Origin: Octopus sinensis
Taxonomy: Eukaryota
Reading direction: 5' to 3'
Assembly: GCF_006345805.1 (NCBI RefSeq)
Contig: NC_043006.1
Span: 20,522,001-20,586,000 of the forward strand
DNA: 64,000 bases
Made by a program: the position numbers and the translations under genes. The notes beneath the pieces were generated by a model that had not been told where the DNA came from, searched no databases, and saw only the letters and a list, made by a program, of their open reading frames with translations. Shown here one piece after another: positions 1 through 12,568 of the stretch (positions are counted from its first letter, which is position 1; every line of letters begins with the position of its first letter).

Positions 1-209
1 TAGTACTGACACAATTTTTCTTTTTCTTTTTTAGTATAAGCTTCTTAAGCAAAAAATAGAGTATAGATGCCACACCAATACCAGCGTTTTACCCCCAGGT
101 TGTCTTAAATAAAACAGAAATTTCATAGACACAAATTGAATTCTCTACTTTATCTAATGCAGTATTGAGTTGGTTAGGTCTATCACATATTACATCATCA
201 CCATCGTCC

Positions 210-242
<33 letters not shown>

Positions 243-354
243 GGTTGTAACCTTTCGTCCTGTTTTGTCCCTTTATGTTTTCCAAAATTTCAACCTTGTG
301 CCTTTAGTTGAAAGGATTATTATTATTATTATATTATTATTATTATTATTAAGA

Positions 355-545
355 CGGCAGGCTGGCAGAATCGTTAGCACGCCGGGCGAAATGCTTAGCA
401 GTGTTTCATCTGCTTCAAATTCTGAGATCAAATTCCACTGTGGTTGACTTTGCTTTTCATCCTTTCAGGGTCAATAAAATAAGTACCAGTGAGCATTGGT
501 GTCGATGTAATTGACTTATCCCCTCCCCACAAATTGTTGCCCTTA
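355..545 (+). mobile_element. tRNA-derived SINE family B (Meta/Sauria-like central domain), diverged copy
   Basis: Head ggcaggctggcagaatcgttagc, B-box gagatcaaattcc, central motif gactttgcttttcatcctttcagggtcaataaaataagtaccag. More diverged copies occur at about 4030-4580, 5230-5540, 8160-8980, 44220-44520, 45245-45560, 54235-54390 and 57485-58000. Confidence 0.8.
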
Positions 546-560
546 TGGCAAAATTTGAAA

Positions 561-561
561 C

Positions 562-596
<35 letters not shown>

Positions 597-783
597 TATG
601 TTTGACTTTTGCTTTATATTTGTACAAGTTGGCTCCAAGTCTCACCCAGAGACCTCAAGAGACAACAGGTTGGAAGTTCATGCTGTTGTTATACCTAGTG
701 TGCCATATATTTGTTGTTTTTTTTTTTGTGTTGTACTAGTGAATGTCCGAAAAAAAAAAAGAAAATTATGTTCGTTTTAAACC

Positions 784-839
<56 letters not shown>

Positions 840-915
840 GTTTGACTTTTGCTTTGTACAAGTTGACTTCAAGTCTCACCCAGAGAACTCAAGAGACAAC
901 AAGTTAGAAGTTGAA
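561..915 (-). mobile_element. Two tandem 3'-tail fragments of a (TAA)n-tailed retroelement (R4/Dong-like 3' UTR)
   Basis: The block tgtttgacttttgc...caagtctcacccagag..ctcaagagacaac..gttggaagtt occurs twice (about 599-680 and 839-915), each abutting an (ATT)n run. The clade assignment is inference. Confidence 0.45.
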
Positions 916-1839
916 GTTGGTGCTATGACTAAGGTTGAATAACAACAAAAAAAAATCCAAAAATGCAAGAAAAGAAAAATAACAAAAATAATGCAAAAAG
1001 AACTAGTTAAACTTACTCTTTTTCTCAGTGTTTGGGATGGATGAAGGGAACAACCCATAGCTGTTTCGTTGAAAAATTGGAAACAGAATTATAAATATCC
1101 AATTAATGGATTGACTGACTGATCATAAATAGTATTTTCCAAAAATCAGAGATTGATGATATGAATATCGGGTAGTGAACCATTGATCTCTGTGGCTGTA
1201 TTGATTGTTGATCAATAAAACAGAATACAAGTCAACAGTATGACTGATGATTGATCTCTGCAATAAATATGACTGTATCACTCCTTAGATGTTGCTTCAT
1301 CGACAACAAGATCAAGAGTGACAACTGACCGTATTTGATTTTGGGCTTGTGAGAAAAGTATCAAGGCTAAACAAAACACATGACCTCGGCTCTAATTGGC
1401 TGAGCCAAAATCAGATAAGACATGTGACCACAGCAAGAGAGAGAACAATAAGAAAATGGGTTCAATGAAACAAAGCTACACGTGAGGAAAGTTTCACCTT
1501 GGAGAAAAACTTGAGATTTTCCCAGGGAATTGACGTATTCTCTTGATGAAAATAGCTTCGGCTGAGATAAGAGAGAGAAAGGGGGGAGGTGAGAGAAAAG
1601 GTAGAGTGAAAGAGAAAGGGGGCAAGAGAAAGAGAAATTTCAACTTAACTAGTCATACAAGGGCAGTGTGTGTGTGTGTACTGAGGTATGCTTGATGCTC
1701 TGCTTCTATTATTTAATTTATAACACATAACAAACAGAGGAGTAGAAAAAAACTCAATCATTGCACTTGATTCTTACTGTTCTCTAGAACAATTCCACTG
1801 CAGTGTGTGTGTGTGTGTGCATCATTTCTAGTTTCTTAA

Positions 1840-2049
1840 CCCTTTCGTTACTGTATTTATTTTGAGATGCTCTGTGTTTCTTTCAATTACTTTAAATATA
1901 ACAAAGAATTTAGAAAAATAACTTAGTTATCATTAAGCTAGTGTTAGGAACATAAATTGTGACTAAGGTTTGGTGGAAGATTTTAATTCAAAACTAATGC
2001 AAACAAGACATTTGTACTCAGAACCAGAGCCGGTTTGGTAACGAAAGGG
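1840..2049. mobile_element. piggyBac-like MITE family 1
   Basis: TTAA at 1836-1839 and 2050-2053, with perfect TIRs CCCTTTCGTTAC / GTAACGAAAGGG. Confidence 0.85.
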
Positions 2050-2326
2050 TTAATCATCCACCCATACAAAGTATATGTTAGTCCATGGAAGCACCAGAAA
2101 AGAAGACAAGGCTTTGGGGAGAAGATACAAGCTTGGAAGTATCCTAAAAGAACCTACCTGCAAAAAAGATATCCTAACACATTTTGCTCTCTTGAAGAGA
2201 AATGTGATTTCTCTAGAGAGAACGAATTTCATTGGAGTAAGACATCGTTTTTTTTTTCCAGAATTAAGGAATACAAGGTTATTTCTCTCTCTTTTTTAAA
2301 AAATTTTTGATAATCCATAATTATAT

Positions 2327-2725
2327 AAGCACAAGTGTGGTTGTGTGGTAAGAAGCTTGCTTCCTAACCATATGGTTTGGGGTTCAGTACCATTGCGTGA
2401 CACCTTGAGCAAGTGTCTTCTACTATAGCCATGGGCTGACCAAAGCCTTGTGAGTGGATATGGTAGATGGAAACTGAAGGAAGCCAGTCATATATGTGTG
2501 TGTGTGTGTGTCTGTACCCCCTGCTCCCACTGCTTGACAACTGGTGCTGATGTGTTTACATCCACCGTAACTTAGCGGCTTGGCAAAAAAGACCTATAAA
2601 ATAAGTACCAGGCCTTAAAACAAATAAATTAGAGCAAAGGTAAATACATTCAACTAAAGTTTCTTGAAGGCATTGCCCCAGCATGGCTGCAGTCTGATGA
2701 ATGAAACAAGTAAAAGATAGAAAAA
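2327..2725 (+). mobile_element. tRNA-derived SINE family A, older variant
   Basis: A-box-like tggttgtgtggtaag, B-box-like ggttcagtacc, body ccttgagcaagtgtcttctactatagcc, internal (TG)n and tail gaatgaaacaagtaaaaga. Confidence 0.8.
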
Positions 2726-3169
2726 TAAAAGATAAATTTATTTTTGTTTTTTCCATATCATAACAAAAGATGTCAAGAAAGTAAAACTCTTGGCTGAAGC
2801 AAGAGCAACAAAGAATGCATAGTTAAATGCTCAAGCTTATTGCTTCACAATTATCATCATTTTACATCCGTTTTCCATGTCAGCATGGGTTAGCTGGGTC
2901 ATCATAGTCTGAGTCATTCCTTATTGGGAGCCACAGTTCCCATAGACTGGTACTCGTACATGTAATTTGGTTTGATTTCTATGGTTAGATCTCTTTTCTA
3001 TCATCAATTATTTTATAGAGAGTACTTGGAGCATATTTTCAAGGCTATAGCAATAGAGATATGTCTAAGCCCTTAATGAGACAGGAATAAAGGGAACCTC
3101 ATGGCTGTATGCTTTCTCTGCTCATTTGCCAACCACATTTCAGTGTGTACAAAGTGGACTTTTCCTGAA

Positions 3170-3802
3170 GAGTTTCGGATCAGGACGCCCACAGAAGCTG
3201 GATTTTCTCTGCTTTGATGGGAATGTTTCCAATTTTTTTTTCACCATGGCCTTTGAAATGCCAAGGAGCATTTTTTAGGAAAAAAAATTTATGAAAATTT
3301 CTTTTTTTTTTCACCTTAACCCATCACCACCCCATCCAGATTGATTTTGGTCAATTTTTCAGCTCTATGCACTTAAAAACAATGAGAGAAGAGAAACCTT
3401 TTCAGTAAAAAAGAATTGTAAGTATTTTCAAATGAAAAGATGTGTGATTTGAGATTTGACCTGTTTCTAGCACATCTTATGACCACCTTTCTCATTTCTT
3501 TGTCACTCTCACCCAAATCTCCCTTAAATCACACACATATCTGAAAATATCTACAATTTTTTTTTTTACCAAAAGGCTTCTCTCATGGTTTTTTAGTACA
3601 TAGTACCAAAACAATTCGCTAAAATCAGTCCAGAGTGGGTTGTGGTGAAAAAAAAAAAATTTTTTTCAAAATCTTTTTTTTCATAAAAAGATGCCCCTCC
3701 CCTATCATTTTAAAGGCTGTGGCAAAAAAAGAAAAAGGTTGGAAAATTCCCTGTCAAAAATGGAGAAAATCCAATTTATGTGGGTGTCTTGATCCAAAAC
3801 TC
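3170..3802. mobile_element. Foldback/MITE with long imperfect inverted repeats (about 200 bp arms)
   Basis: The left arm gagtttcggatcaggacgcccacagaagctggattttctc matches the reverse complement of ggagaaaatccaatttatgtgggtgtcttgatccaaaactc, and the match continues inward. Confidence 0.7.
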
Positions 3803-4579
3803 TGCTGACCGTTCATGGCACCAATATTAAAAAAAGGTGTCATGCTCATCAGTCCCTCTAGAGATGGCTTATCTATTTTTTCTTTACCTTAACTAATGCC
3901 CCAATTATTATTGGTACAATTTTCACTTTCATACCTCTTGTCTTAAATATTTTCAAGATCTCTCTATTATGACTGTTTTTGCTCTTCTTTTAGAGTAATA
4001 TCTTGGTCAGAAGGGATTGTAATGTCTCCTGCCGAGGTCAACTTTGATTTTCATTCTTTTGGATTTGATAAAATGAAGTACTAATTAAGTACTACAGTCA
4101 ATGTAGTTGATTAGCCCCACTTCCCTCAAAATTACTGGTCTTCTGCCTAAATCAGAAACTAACATTCTTACTATTATTAAGGGGGCAAGCTGTCATAATT
4201 GTTAGCATGCTGGGCGAAGTGCATAGTGGTGTTTCATTCTGCGTTACATTCTGAGTTCAAATTCCACCAAGGTCGACTTTGCCTTTCATCCTTTCTGGGT
4301 TGATAAAATAAGTACCATTTGACCACAGGGATCACTGTAATTGACTAGACTCCTCCCTTAAAATTCCAGGCCTTGTGCCTATAGGAGAAACAATACGGCA
4401 GTCAGCTGGCGGAATCATTAACACATTGGACAAAAAGCTTAGTGACAGTTCTTCTGGTTCTTTACATAATGAGTTCAAATCACACTGAGACCAATTATGC
4501 CTTTTACCTTTTTAGGGGTCAATGAATAAATGCAAGGTAAGTACTGTGGTTGATGTAATTGATTAGCCTTCTCCCTTAA

Positions 4580-4800
4580 CCCTTTAGCATTTAAACCGGC
4601 CATATCCGGCCAAAAGTATTCTGCCTGTTTTATGTTCAAACTGGCCAGATCTGGTCTCTCACACCAACCCTACAATATCGTTTTAAAAATTAACAGCTAC
4701 CTCATCAAAATCTCATAGCTACAAGATAATGCATGATTAGTTCAAAACAAGGTGGATGAAAAAGCATTAATTTTGGTAGAATAATGCGAACACTAAAGGG
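4580..4800. mobile_element. piggyBac-like MITE family 2, copy 1
   Basis: TTAA at 4576-4579 and 4801-4804, TIRs CCCTTTAG / CTAAAGGG. A near-identical copy lies at 38596-38816. Confidence 0.85.
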
Positions 4801-5889
4801 TTAAAACTGATGGCCTTATGCCAAAATTTGAAACACTTATTGCTAGAGCAGTAAGCTGGCAGACACAGTGTGTTGGGCAAAATGCTTAGAGGCAGTTCTT
4901 CAGACTCTTTATGTTTGGAGTTTAAATTGCAGCAATATTAATTTTGCCTTTCATCCATTCAGTATTCATCATCATTAACATTTAATGTCCATTTTCCTTG
5001 CTGGCATAGGTTGGACAGCTTGACAGAAAGTGGCAAGGGCAGGGACTGCACTAGGGTCCATAGTCAGTTTTGGCTTGGTTTTTACAGTTGGATGCCCTTC
5101 CAAATACCAACCACTCTACATAGTGTACTGGGTGCTTTTTATGTGGCACCAGCACCAATGCATTTTACACGGTACCAGTACATACACCAATGCTTTTTAC
5201 GAAGCACCTTGGTTTTAAAGTACCAGTAAAATACTGGAATCAATGTAAATGACTAACCCCTCCCACTGAGACTGCTGGCTTTTGTCCCAAAATTTGAAAT
5301 AACTATAATAGCAATAATAATCATTATTACTGTAAGTGGATTGGAAGAATTGTTAGTGTCAGAGAAAATGCCTATTTTGGCTCTGTACATTCTGAGTTCA
5401 AATCCCACCAAAGTTAACTTTAACTTTCATCCTTTCAAGATTAATAAAATAAAAATACCAGTCAAATGTCAGGGTCGATATAATCAACTAAAGTCCTTCC
5501 CCTCAAAATAGTTGGCCTTGTACCTAAATTAGAAACAATTATTTTCATTGCTGTAGATTAGCAGATAAAAAGGTATATAAGTGACAAAACCAAAGTTTAT
5601 TTAGCTCGTTACATTTAGTTAATTATGTCATTACAAGTGTATGATCTTCATAAATATTTAACACTATTGCTTGTGATGTGTTTACCTGTTTTTATGGCAA
5701 CAAGGTTTTCAAACATATAACCTACAGACCAGATCTAGTTCATGGCAATGTCCAGTCTATCCTTCGTTCCAGTTCATTTTTTTAAATAAAAGTTATTCTT
5801 ATTATCCTTAATTTTAAAACATTCTGCAGATTTAAAAAATACAGATTTTAAAAGTCATAGTATAAATTAATGAAATCCTTTCTCTCTTT

Positions 5890-6134
5890 CTCTTTTCTCT
5901 CTTTTACTTGTTTCAGTCATTGACTGCGGCCATGCTGGAGCACCGCCTTTAGTTGAGCAAATCGATCCCGGGACTTATTCTTTTGTAAGCCCAGTACTTA
6001 TTCTATCGGTCTCTTTTGCCGAACCGCTAAGTGACGTGGACGTAAGCACACCAGCATCGGTTGTCAAGCAATGCTAGAGGGACAAACACAGACACACACA
6101 TACATATATATATATATATATTATATATATATAT

Positions 6135-6170
<36 letters not shown>

Positions 6171-6332
6171 ACAGGCTTCTTTCAGTTTCCGTCTACCAAA
6201 TCTACTCACAAGGCATTGGTCGGCCCGAGGCTATAGTAGAACATACTTGCCCAAGATGCCACGCAGTGGGACTGAACCCGGAACCATGTGGTTGGTAAGC
6301 AAGCTACTTACCACACAGCCACTCCTGCGCCT
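5890..6332 (-). mobile_element. tRNA-derived SINE family A, full length
   Basis: The reverse complement begins aggcgcaggagtggctgtgtggtaagtagc with B-box ggttcagtccc, has an internal CA/TA microsatellite and a tail ending gaaacaagtaaaagag. Confidence 0.9.
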
Positions 6333-6339
6333 TTATTTG

Positions 6340-6363
6340 TATCATATATATATATATATATAT

Positions 6364-6418
<55 letters not shown>

Positions 6419-6458
6419 CATATAATATACATATACACATATATATATACATATACAC

Positions 6459-6491
<33 letters not shown>

Positions 6492-6581
6492 ACATATATA
6501 TATACATATACACATATATATATACATATACATATATATATATATACATATATATACATATACCCATATATATATACATAT

Positions 6582-6618
<37 letters not shown>

Positions 6619-6685
6619 TATATCATATACACATATATATATACATATACACATATATATATTATATACATTATATATATATATC

Positions 6686-6736
<51 letters not shown>

Positions 6737-6877
6737 CACATATATATATATATACACTATATATATATATACACATATATATATATATAACATATATATA
6801 TATATATACACATATATATATATATACATCTATATATATACATAATATATATATATACACATATATTATATATATAC

Positions 6878-6912
<35 letters not shown>

Positions 6913-6970
6913 CATATAATATATATATACATATATATATACATATACACATATATATATACATATACAC

Positions 6971-7004
<34 letters not shown>

Positions 7005-7165
7005 CATATATATATACATTACACATATATATATACATATACATATATTATATATACATATATATACATATACACATATATATATAATACATATACACAT
7101 ATTATATATATATATATATATATACATATATATATACATATACACATATATATATACATATACAC

Positions 7166-7214
<49 letters not shown>

Positions 7215-7273
7215 ATACATATATATATATATACATACATATATATATATATACACATATATATATATATACC

Positions 7274-7306
<33 letters not shown>

Positions 7307-7340
7307 CACATATATATATATATACATATATATATTATAC

Positions 7341-7387
<47 letters not shown>

Positions 7388-7400
7388 CATATATATATAT
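6340..7400. repeat. Compound (TA)n/(TACA)n microsatellite, about 1 kb
   Basis: Direct inspection. It generates the I/Y/H-rich spurious ORFs. Similar tracts lie at 29700-30228, 33420-33856, 34240-34628, 41045-41495, 50860-51955 and 63705-63793. Confidence 0.95.
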
Positions 7401-7678
7401 TGCCTTTCATCCTTTCGGGGTCGATTAAATAAGTACCAGTTATGCACTGGGGTCGATATAATCGACTTAATCCGTTTGTCTGTCCCCTCCGTGTTTAGCC
7501 CCTTGTGGGTAGTAAAGAAATAGGTGTAAGAAGGCCCACAGAGATTATGGACATACTTCTGCAAACTTGAGTAATAACAAAATTTTAAAAAACCACTGAT
7601 ATGCATTTAGTCTGTTGCCTAACCAGTTAGGGGCGGGGGAACTGAAATATACACATATATGAAATATATATATGTGTA

Positions 7679-7710
<32 letters not shown>

Positions 7711-7942
7711 CACACACACTTTTTTTACTCTTTTACTTGTTTCAGTCATTTGACTGTGGCCATGCTGGAGCACTGCCTTTAATCGAGCAACTCAACCCCA
7801 GGACTTATTCTTTTGTAAGCCCAGTACTTATTCTATCGGACTTTTTTGCCGAACTGCTAAGTAATAGGGACATAAACACACCAGCATCGGTTGTCAAGGG
7901 CAGAATCGTTAGCACACTGAGCAAAATACTTAGTGGTATGTT

Positions 7943-8153
7943 CTGAGTTCAAATTCCTCTGCAGTCGACTTTGCTGAGTTCAACTTCCACTGCGGTCGAC
8001 TTTGCTGAGTTCAATTTCCACTGCGGTCGACTCTGCTGAGTTCAATTTCCACTGCGGTCGACTCTGCTGAGTTCAATTTCCACTGCGGTCGACTCTGCTG
8101 AGTTCAACTTCCACTGCGGTCGACTTTGCTGAGTTCAAATTCCGCTGCGGTCG
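7943..8153 (+). repeat. 31-bp minisatellite (about 7 copies) derived from the SINE B B-box region
   Basis: The unit ctgagttcaatttccactgcggtcgactttg repeats with period 31 and matches ctgagttcaaattccgccgaggtcgactttg in intact family B copies. Confidence 0.9.
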
Positions 8154-9009
8154 TATTAAAGTAGTGAGTTGGCAGAATCCTTAGCATGTATGATAAAATG
8201 CTAAGTGGCATTTTGTCAGCCTTTTCGTTCAGAACTCTGCTGAGGTCAACTTTGCTTTTCATCCTTTCAGGGTTCTATGAAATAAGTACCAGTTGATCAC
8301 TGGAGTTGAAATAATTGACTTACCCGCTTCCCTGAACATGCTGACCTTGGTCCAAAATTTGAAACCATTATTAATGTTCCTTTGCACTATAAACACAAGG
8401 CCTGAAATTTCATGAGAGAAGGCTTGTTGATTATATTCAACCCTAAGCTCAATGGTACTAATTTTATTGACCCCAAAATTTCAAAAGGTAAAGTTGACCT
8501 TGGCAGCGTTTGAACTACTACTACTACTACTACTACTAATAATAATAATCCTTTCTACTATAGGCACAAGGCCTGAAATTTTTCAGGAGGGGGGCCAGTT
8601 GATTAAATCGACTCCAGTATGCAACTGGTGCTTAATTTATCAATCCCGAAAGGATGAAAGGCAAAGTCGACCTCAGCAGAATTTGAACTCAGAATGTAAG
8701 GACAGACAAAATGCTGCTAAGCATTTCACCCAGCATGCTAACAATAATAATAATAATAATCATTACAGTTTCAAATTTTGACACAAGGCCAGTAATTTCG
8801 AGGAAAGGGGTAAGTTGATTACATTGATCCCAGTGCTCAACTGGTACTTATTTTGTCAACCACAAGAGGGGATGAAAAGGCAAAGTTGACCTTGGCAGAA
8901 TCTGAACTCAGAACATAATGATGGATGAAATGCCACAAAGCATTTTGCCCAAAGTGCTAAACAATTCTGCCAAATCACCACCTTAATAATACAAATAAAA
9001 GTCTGAGAA

Positions 9010-9470
9010 AATGGGATATGTCAATACACACAGGTACAGAGATCAAGGCTAACAGGCCTGATATAGTTACCAGATACACTCAAGAAAAAAGTACCAATTA
9101 ATCAACATAATTATCCCAAAAGATGACAATGTGTTTCTAAAAGAAACGGAGGAGAAACCCTCAAAATACAAAGAACTGGAAATAGAGATAAACTGAAACC
9201 TGGAAACAGAAACAATTCCTATAACAGGCACATTGAGATTGATTAAAATACCATACAAATACATGACTAAAACATCAGGACTTATGAATATAGAAAACCT
9301 ACTGAAAATAGCACAGCTAGGCACTGTACACATCCTATGTTAAGTACTTTCAATACAGTGAAAATAAAACCACCGAAACAAGCCACAGCACATACCCAAG
9401 GAACACAGAGCTGCGCTCAGTAGGACAGTGAAAGCACACGATAAAAGACACTTTAATAATAATAACAAGG
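9010..9470 (+). mobile_element. R4/Dong (NeSL-like) non-LTR retrotransposon 3' fragment with decayed restriction-like endonuclease domain
   Basis: Translates WDMSIHTGTEIKANRPDIV...KETEEKPSKYKELEIEI...IAQLGTVHIL (the RPD..D..K.KY motif of RLE domains), followed by a short UTR and a taataataa tail. Confidence 0.8.
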
Positions 9471-9494
9471 TTGTGTTAATGAATCACCTATCTG

Positions 9495-10190
9495 GGATCT
9501 TTTCGGTTTGAACGGCAGTTTTTAACAAAATTTCTAGGTAAACTAAAATAATTTTAAACTTCGTATACTGGTAGAATGTGTTTATAAAACATCATTTTCT
9601 CTTGGCTTTATTGAGAAAATTCTATAGTTTGTAACATATTTTGTCTTTAATTTCTTGTATTTCGGCAATTTTAACCAATCACTGACCGTCCATTGAGATG
9701 ACATAGTAATAGTTGTCTAATAATCAGAGAGAGGGGGAGAGTGAGAGAATTCTATTCTCTAGGAATCAGAATCGCACTCACCAAAGAAATGGACTTAACA
9801 TTTGTCCGTATGGATCTTTTCGGTTTGAACGGCAGTTTTTAACATAATTACTAGGTAACTAAAAAAATGTTAAACTTCGTATACAGGTAGAATGTGTTTA
9901 TAAAACATCTTTTTCTCTTGGCTTTATTGACAAAATTCTATAGTTTGTAAGATGTTGTTTTTTTCTTCAATTTCTGCAATTTCAACCAATCACTGACGTG
10001 TATTAAGGTAAAAAAGACATTCTGTGCCGCATGAATATGTCCCTTGTTTAAGAAACAGATTACATTTGTGAAGAAAAAAAGATACCCTTTCCCCACCCCT
10101 AACCCTAACTAACCCTAAATGTAAAATAGATTGATACTCGGGTCATAATTATGGGTGACAATTTCATATGACACCGCTAAAAAAAACTGA
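9495..10190 (+). mobile_element. Two partial copies of an 8-bp-TSD MITE (TIR GGATCTTTTCGGTTTGAACGGCAGTTTTT; Merlin-like)
   Basis: TIRs start at 9495 (breaking off near 9700) and at 9812 (near full length, right TIR eroded). Same family as 53759-54199. Confidence 0.8.
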
Positions 10191-10429
10191 GTCTTAGGCT
10201 ATGTGAGAGCCCTGTTCCTCGCATTAAAATCTGTTAATTTCTCCCCAGAGTCCTTCGTTTATTGTAACTTGGCTTCTTGAGAGTAAGCACATAGTGTCTA
10301 CTGCCACTGCTCCCACCATCACCATTTGTATATTTTTAGCGCTTAAATAGAGACATTGTAAATGAGAGGTGTTAACCGACACGAACCAATGTATAGTAAA
10401 TAATATAATGTTGGTATGTATATCTAGAG

Positions 10430-10870
10430 CAGTGTTCCCCAACTGTTTTCTGCCAGGCCCCTGCTATAACTTCCCAGAAAAATGTATGCCCCAACTGGTG
10501 GTTGGAAAAAAAGTATAGGTGTAGTGTTTGCTGTGTAAAAAAGATATTCACAATTCCATGTCCCTTACAAAAAAAAAAAAAAAAAAATTATCCCACATCC
10601 CACCACAATTTTCCCAAGCTCCATTGGTGGCAGGGTTTGCCCCAATATTGGGAATCAATGATCTAGAGCAGTGGTTTTCAACCAGGGTTCCGCCAGTACA
10701 GTCCAGGGGTTCCGCAAGAAGTTACAAAACTGCTAAAATCGGCAGTAATTTTTTAATTCTTCTGTGCAGATATGTGTGCATAAGACTATTAAATTATTGT
10801 ACAGGGGTTCCTCGAGCCAGTGGAATGCTTCCTTGGGGTTCCGCTCTAGCAAAAAATTTGAAAAGCACTG
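10430..10870. mobile_element. Two adjacent hAT-like MITEs (10430-10660 and 10669-10870)
   Basis: ATCTAGAG at 10422-10429, 10661-10668 and 10871-10878. TIRs are CAGTGTTCCCCAA/TTGGGAATCAATG and CAGTGGTTTTCAA/TTGAAAAGCACTG. Confidence 0.85.
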
Positions 10871-11274
10871 ATCTAGAGTGACATTACCACACACATACAC
10901 ACAAACAATTCAATTGTCAATTTCTGTTTCCTTATATATTAGTTATACGCAAGCTTCTTTAGAACAAAGTTGTTAGTTGTGTGTGTGTGTACAGGCCTGC
11001 TAACGATTACATAAGAGAAAGAGAGAGACGGATGGATGCATAAACAGATAGGGTAACTAGTTGTTGTATGTATGTAGTGTACTGTAACGTCATCAAATGA
11101 TGACTATTACTGCTATCATCACCACAACATGCATATACAAGAAGAACAGTTAGCAGCTTCAGTAAAGTGCAAGCCCACCAGCCCCAAAGTGTACCATGGC
11201 TGCCAGACTGACAGACACATACAGCACCCAATGTCTATCTATCTATCTATATATATATATATATATACACTTTA

Positions 11275-11433
11275 TTTTGCTAGCAAAAACTGTCCAACGA
11301 ACGGGAACATGAAACTCAGAGTAACAGGTTTTGTTGAATTTTCTGCTGCTTATAAATAAAGCATATTACTCTACCCCTGGTATTTGAGTACTCTTTTTTC
11401 CACCTTGTTTCACATTTATGTGCTTACTCCGGT
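11275..11433 (+). mobile_element. Short Penelope-like repeat (type C) with a degenerate hammerhead-like motif at 11290-11327
   Basis: ctgt-CCAACGA-acgggaacat-GAA-actcagagt-A-acag, inserted between (TA)n runs. Confidence 0.45.
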
Positions 11434-11456
11434 ATATATATATATATATATACCAT

Positions 11457-11624
11457 AGGCGCAGGAGTGGCTGTGTGGTAAGTAGCTTGCTTACCAACCA
11501 CATGGTTCCGGGTTCAGTCCCACTGCGTGGCACCTTGGACAAGTGTCTTCTACTATAGCCTCGGGCCGATCAAATCCTTGTGAGTGGATTTGGTAGACGG
11601 AAACTGAAAGAAGCCCGTCATATA

Positions 11625-11657
<33 letters not shown>

Positions 11658-11858
11658 GCGTGTGTGTGTTTGTCCCCCTAGCATTGCTTGACAACCGATG
11701 CTGGTGTGTTTATGTCCCCGTTACTTAGCGGTTCGGCAAAAGAGACCGATAGAATAAGTACTGGGCTTACAAAAGAATAAGTCCCGGGGTCGAGTTGCTT
11801 GATTAAAGGCGGTGCTCCAGCATGGCCGCAGTCAAATTACTGAAACAAGTAAAAGAGA
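11457..11858 (+). mobile_element. SINE family A, full length
   Basis: Same head, body and tail as 5890-6332, in the opposite orientation. Confidence 0.9.
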
Positions 11859-11859
11859 G

Positions 11860-12192
11860 TATCCCCTTCAGTCATGAATAACCATGGGATTGCACCTAGA
11901 AAGCTACCCTCTGAGGTACAAGTCCAGGCAAGGTGTTGCTTATGGGAGACCAGCAGTCACCCATGCATACTAGCCTACTCTCTCCATACCATCAATGTTA
12001 TCCAAGGGAAACGCAAAAGCCAATACAGCTTGGCATTAGTAATATCACAAATCAGTTTCACACACGAGTGAACTGGAGCAATGTGAAATAAAGTGTCTTG
12101 CTCAAGAATACAACACAGAGCCCGGTTCAGGAATCAAACTCACCACCTCATGATTGTGAGCATGTCGCTCTAACCACTGAACCATGCACCTT
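11860..12192 (-). mobile_element. tRNA-derived SINE family D (CORE-like domain)
   Basis: Reverse complement head ggtgcatggttcagtggttagagcg...gagtttgattcc, then cttgagcaagacactttatttcacattgctccagttcac. Related copies lie at 40165-40420 and 45585-45820 (+). Confidence 0.7.
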
Positions 12193-12199
12193 CAGTGGA

Positions 12200-12568
12200 T
12201 GGAAGCACTCCGTCGGTTACGATGATGAGGGTTCCGGTTGATCCGAATCAACGGAACAGCCTGCTCGTGAAATTAATGTGTAAGTGGCTGAGCACTCCAC
12301 AGGCACGTGCACCTTTAACGTAGTTCTCGGGGATATTCAGCGTGACACAGAGAGTGACAAGGCCGGCCCCTTGAAATACAGGTACAACAGAAACAGGAAG
12401 TAAGAGTGAGAGAAAGTTGTGGTGAAAGAGTACAGCAGGGATCACCACTATCCCAGCCGGAGCCTCGTGGGGCTTTAGGTGTTTTCGTCAATAAACACTC
12501 ACAACGCCCGGTCTGGGAATCGAAACCGCGAGTCCGCTGCCCTAACCACTGGGCTATTGCGACTCCAC
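12200..12568 (-). mobile_element. tRNA-derived SINE family C, tail type 1
   Basis: Head (reverse complement) ggagtcgcaatagcccagtggttagggcagcggactcgcgg..tttcgattccc. TSD-like tgcaccttcagt flanks both sides. Confidence 0.85.

Noticed and set aside
1-103. Minus-strand exon-like segment reading NLGVKRWYWCGIYTLFFA*
   Set aside because: Short, closed in all three frames, with no recognisable homology.
6061-7606. Long I/Y/H/T-rich ORFs (also at 29.7, 33.4-34.6, 40.9-41.5 and 50.7-52 kb)
   Set aside because: Translations of (TA)n/(CA)n microsatellites, which lack stop codons.
7943-8153. CRISPR-like array
   Set aside because: Contiguous repeats with no spacers, SINE-derived, in a eukaryotic context.
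10259-10292. 34-nt plus-strand exon-like segment (ccccag|...|gtaagc)
   Set aside because: Isolated and cannot be linked into a gene model.
11457-11535. tRNA genes
   Set aside because: The tRNA-like sequences are SINE heads continuing into SINE bodies, without a complete acceptor stem.
11491-11694. Recurrent ORF ending [22 protein letters not shown]
   Set aside because: Antisense reading of SINE family A. It recurs with every copy.
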